Shown here in pieces: positions 24,063 through 36,980 of a DNA stretch of 64,000 nucleotides. The stretch covers positions 228,968,001-229,032,000 of the forward strand of contig NC_086097.1 of NCBI RefSeq assembly GCF_963921235.1, in the 5' to 3' direction. A program made the position numbers and the translations under genes. Positions within the stretch are counted from its first letter, which is position 1; each line of letters begins with the position of its first letter. The notes below the pieces were generated by a model that was not told where the DNA came from, ran no database searches, and saw only the letters and a program-made list of their open reading frames with translations. Source of the stretch: Mobula hypostoma. Lineage: Eukaryota.

Positions 24063-25390
24063 ACAAGACCGTAAGACCATAAGATATAAGAACAGAATTA
24101 GGCCATTTGGCTCTTGGAGTCTGCTCCGCCATTTCACCATGGCTGATGCAGTTTTCCTTTCAGCTCCAGTCTCCTGCCTTCTCCCCATATCCCTTCATGC
24201 CCTGACCAATCAAGAATCTATCACCTCTGCCTTAAATAGACTTAAAGACTTGACCTTCACAGCTGCCTGTGGCAAAGAACTCCACAGATTCACCACTCTC
24301 TGGCTAAAGACATTCCTCCTCATCTCCATTCTAAAAGTTTTTCTGAGGCTGTGTCCTCTGCTCTTAGCTCTCCCACCATAGGAAATATCCTGAAAAAAGA
24401 GAAAATCTGCAGATGCTGGAAATCCAAGTAACACACACAAAATGCTGGAGGCCAGGCAGCATCTATGTTGACACTTTGGGCTGAGACCTTTCAGCAGGAA
24501 CATCCTCTCCACATCCACTCTATCAAGACCTTTCAGTATTTGACGGGTTTCAATGAGGTCACCCCTCATTCTTCTGAATTTTAGTGAATACAGACCCAGA
24601 GCCATCAAACACGCTTCATATGACAAGCCATTCAATCCTGGAATCAATTTTGTGAACCTCCTTTGAACCCTATCCAGATTCAGTGCATCCTTTCTAAGAC
24701 AGGGAGCCCAAAAGTGCTCCCAATACTCCAAGTGAGGCCTCACCAGTGCTTTATAAAGTCTCAACATTACATCCTTGGTTCTATATTCTAGTCCTCTTGA
24801 AATGAATGCTAACATTGCATTTGCTTTCCTCACCACAGACTTACCTTACAAATTATCCTTTAGGGAATCCTGCGCAAGGATTCTCAAGTCCCTTTGCATC
24901 TCAGATTTTTGTATTTTCTCTCCATTTAGAAAATAGTTAACCCTTTCATTTCTTCTACCAAAGTGTGTACCATACACTTCCTGACACTGTATTCCATCTG
25001 CCAATTCTTTGCCCATTTTCCTAATCTGTCCAAGTCCTTATGTAGCCTCTCTACTTCTTCAAAACTACCTGCCCCTCCTCCTACCTTTGTATCGTCTGCA
25101 AACTTTGCAACAAAACCATCAATTCCATCACCCAAATCATTGGCATATAACGTAAAAAGAACCGGTCCCAACACAGACCTCCGTGGAACACCACTAGTCA
25201 CTGGCATCCAACCAAAAAAGGATCCCTTTATTGCCACTCTTTTCCTCTTGCCCATCAGCCACTGCTTTATCCATGCTAGAATCCTTCCTGTAATACCATG
25301 GGCTCATAGCTTGTTAAGCAGCCTCATGTGTGACACCTTGTCAAAGGCCTTCTGAAAATCCAAGTACACAACATCCACTGATTCTCCTTA
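24063..25390 (-). mobile_element. CR1-type LINE fragment with a short PLE end inserted at about 24392-24495
   Basis: ORFs 24926-25255 and 24210-24836 (LYKALVRPHLEY); insert flanked by aggaaatatcct / aggaacatcct. Confidence 0.88.
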
Positions 25391-25776
25391 GTATATCTAT
25401 GTTTAATAATTTTTTGAAAAGTAGTTTGAAGGAGTTGTCTAAATGATTGTTTTAGTTTGAGATTTCTCCCATGCTTTAATTATTTTCCGATACTGGTGTC
25501 ATTAAGCGATATAACTCAATACTGTACTTTGGACGCATAAAGTAAATTTTTATCATCTTTACCTTGGGAGGCCATGGCCTACACCTACTCAAAGTGGAGT
25601 AGTTTTATATACAAGACATGGAAGCAGAATTAGTCCATTCAGTCCATTTAATCCGATCCACCATTTCATCATGGCTGATTTATTGTCTCTCTCAACCCCA
25701 TTCTGTTGCCTTCTCCACATAACTTTTACATCAAGACTAATCAAAAACCTATCTACCTTTGCTTTAGCTGTATCCA

Positions 25777-26131
25777 ATAATAATAATAACTTAGTTATAG
25801 AGCAATTTTCATACAATGTAGTTCAAAGTGCAAATGGAATAAAGTGTAAACATAAAAATAAAAGACAAAATGATATTGTATTAGTTAAAACAAGGTTAAA
25901 TAAATAAGTTTTGAGCTACATTTAAAAGTGTCAACTGAGTCTGCATCCCTTATAGTTTTAGGTATTAAGTTCCATGGTTTAGGAACATAGTTGAAGAAAG
26001 CTAACCTGCCAATTATCTTTTGAGGGAGACTGTTTAAATTTAAGAGACCAGCAGAAGAAGACCTGGGAGCTCAAGCAGGATTATGAAACAAAAGAGATTC
26101 TGTGATGTACTCCAGTCCCAGACCATTGAAA
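25777..26131 (-). mobile_element. LINE (L2-like) 3' end nested in CR1
   Basis: (aat)n tail then ttatagagcaattttca; CR1 host is continuous on either side (ccaat|gcctccacagc). Confidence 0.5.
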
Positions 26132-27888
26132 GCCTCCACAGCTGTCTGAGGCAATGAATTCCACAGATTCACCACCACCTGAGTAAAGACATTCCTCCTC
26201 ATCTCTGTTGTAAAGAGACATCTCTCTACTCTGAGGCTGTGCCCTCTGGTCCTAGACATCCCCAAGATAGGAAACCCTCTCCACATTCACTCCATCTAGG
26301 CCATCAGTACTTGATAGGTTTCAATGAGATCCCACCTCATTCTTCTAAACTCCAGCGAGTACAGGCCCAGAGCCACCAAATGCTCCTCATATGTTAATCC
26401 TTTCATTCTCAGAATCAATCTCCTGGACCACCTCTATACACTCTACAATGCCAGCATGTATTTCTTAGATAAGGGGTCCAAAACCATTCACAATACTCCA
26501 AGTACTGCAGACTCCCTTCTTCCTCAACACTACCTGCTCCTTCACTTATCCAAATCATTAACATATAATGTAAAAAGAACTGGTCCCAACACAGACCCCA
26601 ATGGAACACCATTAGTCACTGGCAGCCAACCAGAAAAGGCCCCTTTTATTACCACACATCAGCCAATCTTCTATCCGTGCTAGTATCTTTCCTGTAATAC
26701 CATGGGCTCTTAACCTGTTAAGCAGCACCTTGTCAAAGGCTTTTTGAAAATCCAAGTAAGTAACATCTACTGATTCTCCTTAGTCTATCCTGCCTGTTAT
26801 TTCCTCAAAGAATTCCAACAGATATGTCAGGCAAAATTTCCCCTTATGGAAACCATGCTGATTTTGACCGACTTTATCATGTGCCTCCAACTACCCTGGT
26901 ACCAAATTTTTAATAATGGACTCCAACATCTTTCCATCCACTGAAGTCAGGCTAATTTCCTCTTATCAACCACCCCCACCCCTTTTTAAAGCATGGAGTG
27001 AAATTTGTAATTTTCCAGTCCTTCAGAACCATTCCAGAATCCAGTGATTCCTGAAAGATCACCTCTGACCTGGGGTATAGTCCATCTGGTTCAGGTGACT
27101 TATCTGCCTACAACACCTTTCAGCTTCCCAAGCCCCTTCTTAGTAATAGCAACAATATTCACTTCTTTCCCCTGGCATTCTCGAATTTCTAGCATACTGC
27201 TAGTGTCTTCCACAGTGAAGGCTGGAGCAAAATACTTACTAAGTTTGTCCGCCACTTCTTTATCCCCAATAACTATCTACCTCTCCAACACGATTTCCCA
27301 GCAGTCTAATATCCACTCTCACCTCACTTTTACTCTTTATATACAGTGGATTCTGGTTAATTGGGTCATCGATTAATGGGTGCAGCTGCTCCTTTGGGAC
27401 AACTCTTAAAAAAACAAAAACTAATCAAGAAAATTGCCAGAATTCTCTTCATTTATTTGGGACACATTGCCGCTTAATTGGAACAGGAGACTGTTGCCAA
27501 ACAGTTTCTGACTGTCGTCAATTGCGTACACGTGTGTGGCTCTTATAGACTCTACACTGTACTTAGAGCAAACTGTTTTTAAATAGTGTTTGTATGAGTT
27601 TGTGTTCAAAATGCAGTGATTTTTGTCGCTGATAGCTGGCCAGAAATAAGCAGTAAGTCGTTGTGGTTTCTTGTACTCAGGATTGGGCATGCCAGAAAAG
27701 GACAGGAGGGAAAATGAAATAATTTCACTACTTCAACAAGTTAGGAACTATAAAGAATATGAAGGTATCAATGATCATCTTGAATGTTACAATGAAAATG
27801 AAGATTTGGAGGATGCAATCGTCTAAAGCAGGGGTTCCCAACCTGCAGGTCCATGGCCTAAAGCTGATTGGAAGGCAGTCCATTGTAT

Positions 27889-28740
27889 GTACTAAGCACA
27901 TCTTTCCCTCTCCACCCCTCTCCGCCTTCCGCAGGGATCGGTCCCTCCCCACTGATCTCCCACCCGGCACTTATCCCTGTAAGCGCAAGTGCTACACCTG
28001 TCCCTACACCTCCTCTCTTGCCACCATTCAGGGCCCCAAACAGCACTTCCAAGTGAGGCAACACTTCACTTGTGAGTCTGTCGGGGTCATCTATTGCATC
28101 CGGTGCTCCCAGTGCGGCCTCCTCTACATCGGTGAAACCCGACGCAGATTGGGGGACCGCCTCGTCGAGCACTTCCACTCCGTCCGCCAAAATAGACAGG
28201 ATCTCCCAGTAGCCACCCACTTCAACTCTGCTTCCCACTCCCATTCAGATATGTCCATACATGGCCTCCTCTACTGCCATGATGAGGCCAAACTCAGGCT
28301 GGAGGAGCAACACCTCATATACCATCTAGGTAGTCTCCAGCCCCTTGGTATGAACATAGAATTCTCCAACTTCCGGTAATTCACTCACCCTCCCTTCCCC
28401 TATCCCTATGTCACTCTGCCCCCTCCGCCAGCTGCCTACCACCTCCCTCTTGTTTCCGCCTCCTTCTACTACCGTACCCATTGTGTTTTCCCTATTCTTT
28501 CTTCACCTTTCCTGTCTATCACCTCCCTGCCTCCCTTCCCCCACCCTTTTATCTTTCCCCTTACTGGTTTTTCACCTCGAACCTACCAGCCTTCTCCTTC
28601 CAACCCTCCCCCCACCTTCTTTATAGGGCCTCTGCCCCTTCCCCCTACAGTCCTGACGAAGGGTTCCGGCCTGAAACGTCGATCGATCTTTTCCACTGAT
28701 GCTGCCCGACCTACTGAGTTCCTCCAGCGTGTTGTGAGTG
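27889..28740 (+). mobile_element. Neptune-type PLE 3' portion (GIY-YIG to about 28379, pyrimidine tract, hammerhead) nested in the Tigger-like element
   Basis: PGTYPCKRKCYTC...VIYCIRCSQCGLLYIGETRRRLGDR; ttgtatg on both flanks. Confidence 0.9.
28648..28685 (+). ncRNA. Minimal hammerhead ribozyme motif (stem I weakened)
   Basis: cagtc-CTGACGA-agggttccggcct-GAAAC-GTC-gatcg. Confidence 0.7.
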
Positions 28741-30548
28741 TTGTATGAAAGAAGCCTGCACAAGGTGTCTGCACTGATTTTGTTTATTTTGTTTGTCAGA
28801 TTAACGCGGGAGTGTACTCTGGAAGAATTCCTCTGTCAAGAACTATTCGGGACTAATACAGCTTTATACAGTTGAGGTATTGGTAGTGTTCAAATTTGTT
28901 CCATATTTCATTTACATGCATAAATTGTTATTCAGTTAAAAGATGGTTTGTCTTTTTTATACTGTTTTAACCATTTCCACGATTCTTCGGCTAATTGGGG
29001 CAGCCACTTAATTGGGCCAAAATGTATTGGTGCCAATGTGTTCCAATTAATCGGAGTCCACTGTATCTGAAAAAACTTTTTGTATCATCCTTTATATTAT
29101 TAGCTAGCTTACCTCAATATTTCATCTTGTTTTCTCCTTATGTCTTTAAGGATGTTACTGAGAACCACAAAGTCTGTAAATAGCAGGAGTCCAGCACCTC
29201 TCAAACTACCTAGCCACCCCATAAAGCAACTACTGCCCCATTTGTGCAAGAATCTGTGGGTTCCAAATTCATCAGTTACTATAAAACCCATAAAACTAGA
29301 GTAAAATTGACTGACCCATGATCTCAAGGGACTGTCTAAGATGGAGGCTACATAAAAATCCATTGGCTCCTGGACTTATGGTGATTATCCTGATTGTGAT
29401 TATAATTGCTAGTTAATACTGTTAATCCTATGCCAGTCAGTTAGCCACTCGCACACGGGAGGAGTTCACATATTGTACAAGCAGACTTATCAATAAAGCT
29501 CAATTGAATATCCTACATGCCGGCGTATTGGCACGTTCGGCACTTTCCCTCAATGTCAAACACAACAATAATCAGATCGCGAACGAGTTACATGCTCCAG
29601 ACTCCCACTACTTGAGTCGTGTGGAAGGGCGGTAATGGGAAATCCAACAACACTTCAGGGCAATCATTGTCCTCAATGAAAAAGATCACTCATTTTAAAA
29701 TCAGGAACTCTGCTTTTAAAATGTATAAATCTAAAATATACACTATAAAAATTAAAGATTTACTGATAATAATCACCTTTTCACCCTCCCACTCCTCACC
29801 ACCCAGGTCATGTCCTCTTCTGATTACCTTCGTCAGGGAAGAGATGCAGGAGCGTGAAGATGCACAAGCACTCCATGCTTAGGAACAGCTTCTTTCCTTC
29901 CGCCATAAGATTTCTGAATGGACAATGAATGTTACCTCATTATTTTTGCTTTCTATTTGCAGTACTTATTTCATTTTTAATACATTTTTATTGTAAATGA
30001 TAGTCTATTTTATGTATTGTACCGTACTGCAGCCACTAAACAACAAACTTCACGACATATGTCAGTAATAACAAAGCAGACCTCTAGAACAAAAATAAAG
30101 GATTATTAGTTATATAATTGACTCCAAAGCTAATACTGCCCCGCTCCAGACAATCTGGATATCTCTAAAGTAACAGATGTGACAGTGAGTGTGTGCTGCT
30201 TGGGAAACAAGGTCAGACTGCAGGTGACTGGCATTGTGCAGCTGTGGTTCCTATTTCATTCAGTAAATACTCACTTCCTGCCATGTCTCTGAAGTAAGAT
30301 ATCTCCCACTGAACCACAAATTATGTAAAACACTATTTCCTATCACATACTATACTAAGAATAAACTTCCATCAGGTTCAAAACAGTCTGTTTGCCACTT
30401 CCCAAAATACAGCACTTACTTTTAGTTCTTGGGATGTGACTGACACCAGCAAGGGGTAATAACATCCTCTCCTTGGTTCACACTGTGTCAGACTGGAGTC
30501 ATGCATGAGCCAAACATGGTGAGGTTCCATTACTAAAGGAAGAATCAA

Positions 30549-31110
30549 TTTGGCCTGTCCCCTAAAACCCTCACTAATTTTTATAGATGTACTGTAGAAA
30601 GCATTCTTCTAGGGTGCATCATAACCTGGTATGGAAGTTGTCCTGTCCAAGGCCGGAAGAAGCTGCAGAAGATCGTGAACACGGCGCAGCACATCACACA
30701 AACCAATCTTCCGTCCTTGGACTCACTTTACACTGCACGCTGTCGGAGCAGTGCTGCCAGCATTATCAAGGACACGACCCACCCAGCCAACAGACTTTTC
30801 ATCCCTTTTCCCTCCGGGAGAAGGCTCAGGAGCTTGAAGATGGCCAGATTTGGGAACAGCTTCTTTCCAACTGTGATAAGACTATTGAACGGATCCTGAC
30901 CCGAATCTGGGCCGTACCCTCCAAATATCCGGACCTGCCTCTCGGTTTTTTTGCACTACCTTACTTTCCATTTTTCTATTTTTTATTTATGATTTATAAT
31001 TTAAATTTTTAATATTTACTATCAATTTGTAATCCAGGGAGGAGGAAGTGCAGAATCAAATATCGCTGTGATGATTGTACGTTCTAGTATCAATAAAGTA
31101 TAAAGTATAA
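30549..31110 (+). mobile_element. Rex1/Babar-type LINE 3' fragment, same subfamily as 13182-14320
   Basis: Near-identical to 13739-14320 including (taaagta)n tail. Confidence 0.9.
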
Positions 31111-31129
31111 AATTCAGAATCAGATTCAG

Positions 31130-31670
31130 GTTTATTATCACTGACATATATCGTGAAATAGGTCATTTTGTGGCAGCATACATTGCAAGGCATACAAAGA
31201 AAATAAAGACAAAGATTAGCTTTATTGTCACCTGTACATCACAACATCGAAACATATGCATTGTCTGTGTCAATGATGTGCTGGGAGCCCACAAGTTTCG
31301 CCATGCTTCTGGCGCCATCATAGCATCCCCTCAAGTTCACATCCCGTATGTCTCTGGAATGTGGGAGGAAACCAGAGCACCTGGAGGAAACTCATCCAGT
31401 CATGGGGAGAATGTACAAACTCCCCATGTGCAGACACTCTACCCGGGTCACTGGTGCTGTAAAGTGTTACACTAGCCTCTGTGCTACTGGGCCACACTTT
31501 ATTAATAATAATTAATAAATAGAGTTAATAGGAATAGTGAGGCAGTGTTCATGAGCTCATGGACTATTTAGAAAACGGCAGAGGGAAAGAAGCTGTTCTT
31601 AAAATGTTGAGTGTGTCTCTTCAAGCTGCTGTACCTGCCCCCTGACGGTAGTGATGAAAAGAAAGTAATG
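31130..31670 (-). mobile_element. Rex1-type 3' UTR remnant with nested V-domain SINE (about 31215-31495)
   Basis: ggaatgtgggaggaaaccagagcacctggaggaaactca is the reverse complement of the V-domain core. Confidence 0.6.
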
Positions 31671-32430
31671 GGATGGTAGATAGTAGAAATTCAGAAGCAT
31701 TTCTGATTATTTACCAGAATGTAATGCTTTAAGTCTCACGATGGTGAGATCTGAAGTAATGGGGGCATGAAGATTTCAGTTCAGCACCTTTGGCTCATTA
31801 GTCTGGTACCATGATAGAGTACAGGACCAATTTCAGCTTTCTTAAAAAGATCAATTCTCAGGACATATGTATCAAGGAGAAAACCAGCATTTAATACCTG
31901 TCCATAATTATCTCTGAGAAGATGACAAGTTGCCTTCCTGAATAGCTACAGGTTGTATCTGATTAGGTGGGATCAAATCAGGGAATTAAACATTGTATTA
32001 ACGGGGGACAGACAAACTGGTGAATGAATGACACAAGGCCACATGTACAGTATGCCTCATGAACAACAGTCTGAGACGACAGATGAAGTAGCTTGCTGTA
32101 GATGGAGCTAACTAAACTTGAGCACTTGGACCAGATCACTCTGCAGCTCTGCCACCTATGGTCTGGAGCACGGAGAACTGAAAGCCAAGGCTAAAAGGCA
32201 ACATGAAAATTATTCTTTTCACTAGTGGTGATGCCATAATGTGAGAACAAAGTTAAATGCTGAGGGTTTGGCAACTGCCTTCACATAAAACCACTAAATG
32301 GACCATCCTCCCCAGCTCCCCCATCATCGAAGCCCATTTTCAGCCAATTTGATGCATATCACATGATATCACATGACTGCTGAATGTGCAGGAGTCAGGA
32401 AAGGTTATTGAGCTAGGCAGCACTTCCACT

Positions 32431-32732
32431 TACTTAAGGCATCCGTTAGTCTTGCGAGACCATGGATCTGCGCCTGGAAAGTCTTCAGTCTCCAGGGCGC
32501 AGGCCTGGGCAAGGTTGTATGGAAGACCAGCAGTTACCCATGCTGCAAGTCTCCCCTCTCCACGACAGCAATGTTGTCCAAGGGAAGGGCATTAAGACCC
32601 ATACAGCTTGGCACCAGTGTCATCGCAGAGCAATGTGTGATTAAGTGCCTTGCTCAAGGACACAACACGCTGCCTCGGCTGGGGGTCGAACTCTCGACCT
32701 TCAGGTCGCTAGTCCACTTGGCCACGTGCCCA
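32431..32732 (-). mobile_element. tRNA-derived SINE with 10-bp TSD
   Basis: Minus strand: A-box tggccaagtgg, B-box gagttcgaccc, then gtgttgtgtccttgagcaaggcactt; TSD cacttccact at 32421-32430 and 32733-32742. Confidence 0.85.
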
Positions 32733-32804
32733 CACTTCCACTATTATGCTGAATATGTATACCTCAGAACCGTCTGCACCTCCACCCACAAGATTACAAT
32801 ACTG

Positions 32805-33410
32805 GTGAATCTGCGTATGCTGGAAAACCAGAGCAACACAGACAAATTGGGCAGCATCTAAGGAAATGAGTAAACAGTTAATGTTTCAGGATGAGACCAT
32901 TCATTGTGACTGGAAAAGAAGGGATGAACAGGTGGGGGCAGGGGAAGGAGGACAAGCTGGAAGGTGATAAGTGAAGGTTGGTGAGTGGGTTGAAGGAAGA
33001 AACTGGGAGATGACATTTGGAAAAGGCAAAAGGGTGGAGAAGAACGAATTCGATAGGACAGGACTGTGGACCATGGGAGAAAGGGAAGGAGGAGGGCTCC
33101 AGGAGGAGGTGATAGGCAGATAAGAAGAAGAGTTCGGAGGTCTAAGTGAGGAATAGAAGAGGAGGGAAGGGGAAGGGAAAAAATTACTGGAAGGAGGAAT
33201 GGCTGTTCATGCCATCAGGTTGGAGGCTACTTAGAAGGAATATGAGGTGTTGCTCCTCCATCTGGAGAGTGGCCTCATCGTAGCAGAAGAGGAGGCCATG
33301 GACAGACATGTTAGAATAGGATTGGGGATAGGAATTAAAATGGTTGGACACCGGGAAATTCCGGTTTTTGCATTTGGAGCGGAGGTGCTCAACAAAATGG
33401 ACCCCCAGTT
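32805..33410 (-). mobile_element. Old PLE 3' fragment (GIY-YIG C-terminus plus terminal module)
   Basis: ORF 33184-33423 FVEHLRS..PVSNHFNS..MEEQHLIFLLSSLQPDGMN. Confidence 0.8.
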
Positions 33411-33754
33411 TTATTATTGTCACGTACTAAGATGCAGTGAAAATTAGTCTTGCAACTGTGCACAGAGATAATGTCAAAACATAAGTGCATTAAGGTACTG
33501 TAATACAAGGGAAAAGCAAAAATAGATTGTATAGTATTACAGTTTCAGAGAAAATGAACTGCAGATTGACAATAAGTTGCAAGCAATATGACAAGATAAA
33601 TTGTGAGGTCAAGAGTTCATTTTTAATGTACAAGAGGTCTGTTTCACAGTCTTATCATGCGGGATAGAAGCTGTCCTTGAGCCCAGTGATACAAGAGCTC
33701 AGGTTTCTGCATCTTCTGCTCAGTGGAAGGGGAGAGAAAACAGAACGTTGTGTA

Positions 33755-34329
33755 TGTAACACACTGTAAGGTTTCACTGCTATGTAATGGTTCCTCTGTA
33801 GCAGCAATGTTTGGGTTATGGCTGGAGATAACAGGAGTTGGATGCATGTTAGCCATTCAGGATTTTGTTGCCCTGTCTTGTGATTCTGGAAGCAGTTGAT
33901 TTCACGGGCTTTTGCCGGGGGGGGGGTGGAGAGAGAGAGAGAGAGATGAAGAGAGAAGACATGAATGGAGAGATTTGGTAGACCGCCGGATGGGGTGGAC
34001 TTGGAGCAAGGGTCCGAAGGGCAGCGAAGATCGAAGGAGGATCGGCGATGGGGAAACCGTGAGCTCTAACTTTGTGTGCACAGACTGTTTAATAAGATTT
34101 GGGCCCTTTTTCTTTTATAATTTGCTTCTCTACTAACCATATAGTCAAAGTAAGAGTTATAAAGCCTAATCGTTTAATCGCATATTGTGTACTGTTTGTT
34201 ATTTCAGGGTACTGATTTGTAACAGGGGACACATTGCGCAGCATCCACCCAAATGAGATTTCTTAAGTTTGGCCGGGCAGGGGGTTATCACCCCCCAATA
34301 TTAAGCCGCCAGGCGAAGCGAGTGTTACA
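33755..34329. mobile_element. Solo LTR (Gypsy-like), 575 bp, inside an old Rex1-type remnant
   Basis: TGTAACAC...GTGTTACA termini; 4-bp TSD tgta at 33751-33754 and 34330-34333. Confidence 0.8.
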
Positions 34330-35094
34330 TGTAGATGGTGTCTGATTACACTCGCTGCTTCTCTGAGGCAGCAAGAAGTGTGGTCAGAGTCCACAGAGGG
34401 GAGACTGATTTCTGTGATGGACACAACTTGCTGTAGTTTTTTTGTGGTACTGGGCAGAGCAGTTGGCATACCAACCCCTGTTGCATACAGATTGGGTGCT
34501 TCCAATGGCACACCTTTAAAGATTGTTGTGGGTCAAGGAGGACATACCGAATGTCTTTGTTGTCTGAGGAAGTAGAGTTGTTGGTATGCTTTCCTGTGGT
34601 TGGACCAAGTCAAGCTATTGATGATTGCTAGCTGAAGCGCTCAACCATATTCGTATTTGCACAATTTCTTGTCTTTAGGACATTGGTTGTCCACCCTGTT
34701 GGGAGTGGTCATTCATTGACTCCATGACGGTTATCGGATCTATTGAGTATGCCTGCAAGAAAATGAATATGTATATGGTGCCATATATATATACTTTGAG
34801 ATAAATTTAGTTTGAACTTTGAACTACACTTCTGCACCATTGACACTGACAATATGTGCTCCGCTGAAGTACTTCCTGAAGTTAAGGACCAGCACTATTG
34901 TTTTGTTGACATTGAGGAAAGGATGTCATCTTGTGTTATCCTAACACATAGCCAGTAGGCTCTCTATCTTGGATTGACCTCATTGGTACACAGTCCTCTG
35001 CACATTTGCTGATGAAATCTGTGACGGCGGTGACACACCCATTCAGGTTAGTACCATGACGAGACCTGAAACAAGAGGGAAAATTATGCAGGCT

Positions 35095-36006
35095 CTCTCA
35101 AGTGATGCTATCTCTTAAGGCTGATTTATACTTCTGCGTCAACTCGACGCCGTAACCTACGCACGTTGTGAGCATTTATACTTGTGTGTTGGTGTGTCTG
35201 CGTCGCTCTGCAACTCGGGCACGTCATGCATGCGCACACACCTGCCCGTGCAAGGCTTTATGGTCATGGTAGTCTTTCTCGGGGTAAAGAAGTCTAAAAC
35301 GAGCGTCTTTTTTCGTAAAAGCGAAATGTGTCCTCTATAATTTCGGAGGTCTGTAAAGCTTTATGGAAAGCATTGCAGCCAGAGTTCCTTCCCTGTCCTT
35401 CAGTCACCCGATGGGAAGCTATTGCAGCGTAGGAGGAAATGCGATGCTACCAAGCGGACTGATCACAGCTGTTGCGTTCTGCGTTGCCGCGACGCGTAAT
35501 TACATTTTGGGAGAGGTGTGCGTCATGCTACGGTGTAGGGATCCGCATAGGCTCTGTGTAGGGTTCGTGGCGATGCCGTACCTACAGCGTCGAGTTGACA
35601 CAAAAGTATAAATCAGCCTTCAGTTTGGAGAAAATTAGAAGTCGAACCTTTGAACCTATGTTTGATTTTGAGAAAAGATGGGTTTCATTTGCTCGTTATT
35701 ATCATTTGAGTTAATTGATAGATTTCCTCCACGGTCTAATTGTAAATTGTAAATTTTTGGTACTCTTTTTTTCTTGCTGGCAGTTTGATGTTTATCTTTA
35801 GAATATTTTTGTATGACACATGGCTCCGGGGTTGAACACCTAATGGGTTTTTTCCCCCAATTTTTCTTGCTTAGTAGGGTTTTTTTTAATCACTAAAATT
35901 TTTTCAATCTTTAAAATAATATTTTTTTCTTGAGACATTGTAAGCGTTGCTTATTTCGTTGTACTCGTGTTAATTTTGGATAATAATAAAAAGATTTGAA
36001 AAGAAA
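35095..36006 (+). mobile_element. L1/Tx1-like LINE 3' end split by a MITE
   Basis: Removing the MITE gives QVMLSLSLEKIRSRTFEPMFDFEKRW..*, then T-rich UTR, aataaa and A-rich end. Confidence 0.55.
35118..35619. mobile_element. MITE, PIF/Harbinger-like
   Basis: Long imperfect TIRs aggctgatttatacttctgcgtcaactcgacg / cgtcgagttgacacaaaagtataaatcagcct; 3-bp flanks tta / tca. Confidence 0.85.
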
Positions 36007-36559
36007 GTTGTATCCACAAACAGAAGTACACTCCACATCGAGTCATTTACAACTCCATCTGTTAATCCTCTGTCATCAGTAAAGTGATTAATATCTCCTA
36101 CAAGGAAAAATCTCTTCTTGACATTCACTGCATTACCGGTGACAGGTACAACCTCCTGTGGATCACTGGAATAACTGACTAACATAAAAACCATGGCTAC
36201 AAGAGAGGGTCAGGGGCCAGGTATCCTGCAGTAAGAGACTTGATTCCTGGCAACTACTTTTTATGCCAGTCAAGGAGAAATAAAAGAAGTTACCTGGATA
36301 CAGGGAATGAGTTCTGGGTCTCCACACATGGGGTGAATTGGATAAGAAACTAATAAATGGGGAGACCTCAGGCCTCTGATAAATGATGACTTGTGCTGAA
36401 AGAAGGGTTTGATGTTTTGATGCACGATATATTTGCATCTGAAAGATCACTTTGACTGTTAATTCCACAGCCACATCAAATTGATCATATCTATGTGAGG
36501 TGCTCCAAGACCTTTCTGAGAGATAAACACCAAGTAAATTCGAATTGTTCTATTGGAGG

Positions 36560-36980
36560 ACATGTTGAGCAAGTTAAGACTTTTCTCTTTGGAGCGAAGG
36601 AGGATGACCGATGTATTGATAGCGGTGTACAAGATGATGAGAGATGTAGATTGAGTGGATAGCCAGAGACTTTTTCCCAGAGCCAAAATGACTAAGACAA
36701 GGGGGCTTAATTTTAAGTCAACTGGAGAAAAGTACAGGGGGGAGTGTCAGAGGTAATTTTTGTTTTTACACAGAGAATGGTGGGTGCAGGAAATGCCCTG
36801 CCAGGGGTGGTGGTAAAGGCAAATAAATTAGGGCCATTTAAGAAATCTTAACAGAGTCACATGGATGAAAGAAAAATTGAGGGCTGTGTAGGAGGGAAGA
36901 GTTAGATTGATCTTAGTATGGTTAAAAGGTCAGCACAACATTGTGGGCCAAAGGGCCTGTACTGTACTATAGTGTTCTAT
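36560..36980 (+). mobile_element. CR1-type LINE 3' fragment
   Basis: ttttctctttggagcgaaggaggatg...gggccaaagggcctgtactg..ttctatg; same family as 1355-1807. Confidence 0.8.

Larger units (their letters stand above)
27344..29063. mobile_element. Tc1/mariner-pogo (Tigger-like) non-autonomous element, TA TSD
   Basis: TA|cagtggattctggttaattggg ... ccaattaatcggagtccactg|TA. Confidence 0.85.
25610..29145 (-). mobile_element. Long degenerate CR1-type LINE hosting several nested insertions
   Basis: CR1 RT-like ORF remnants 26071-26612; resumes tctgaaaaaactttt at 29066; homologous to 56095-57820. Confidence 0.8.

Noticed and set aside
24210..24836. 208-aa ORF as a functional gene
   Set aside because: CR1 ORF2 remnant read through a short PLE insertion; upstream part is frameshifted
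27759..28379. 206-aa ORF as a novel fusion protein
   Set aside because: The N-terminus is chance read-through from flanking Tigger/hAT-like DNA into the PLE fragment
29153..29567. Possible second solo LTR (TG start, aataaa, ...cacaaca)
   Set aside because: No matching TSD or defined left end found
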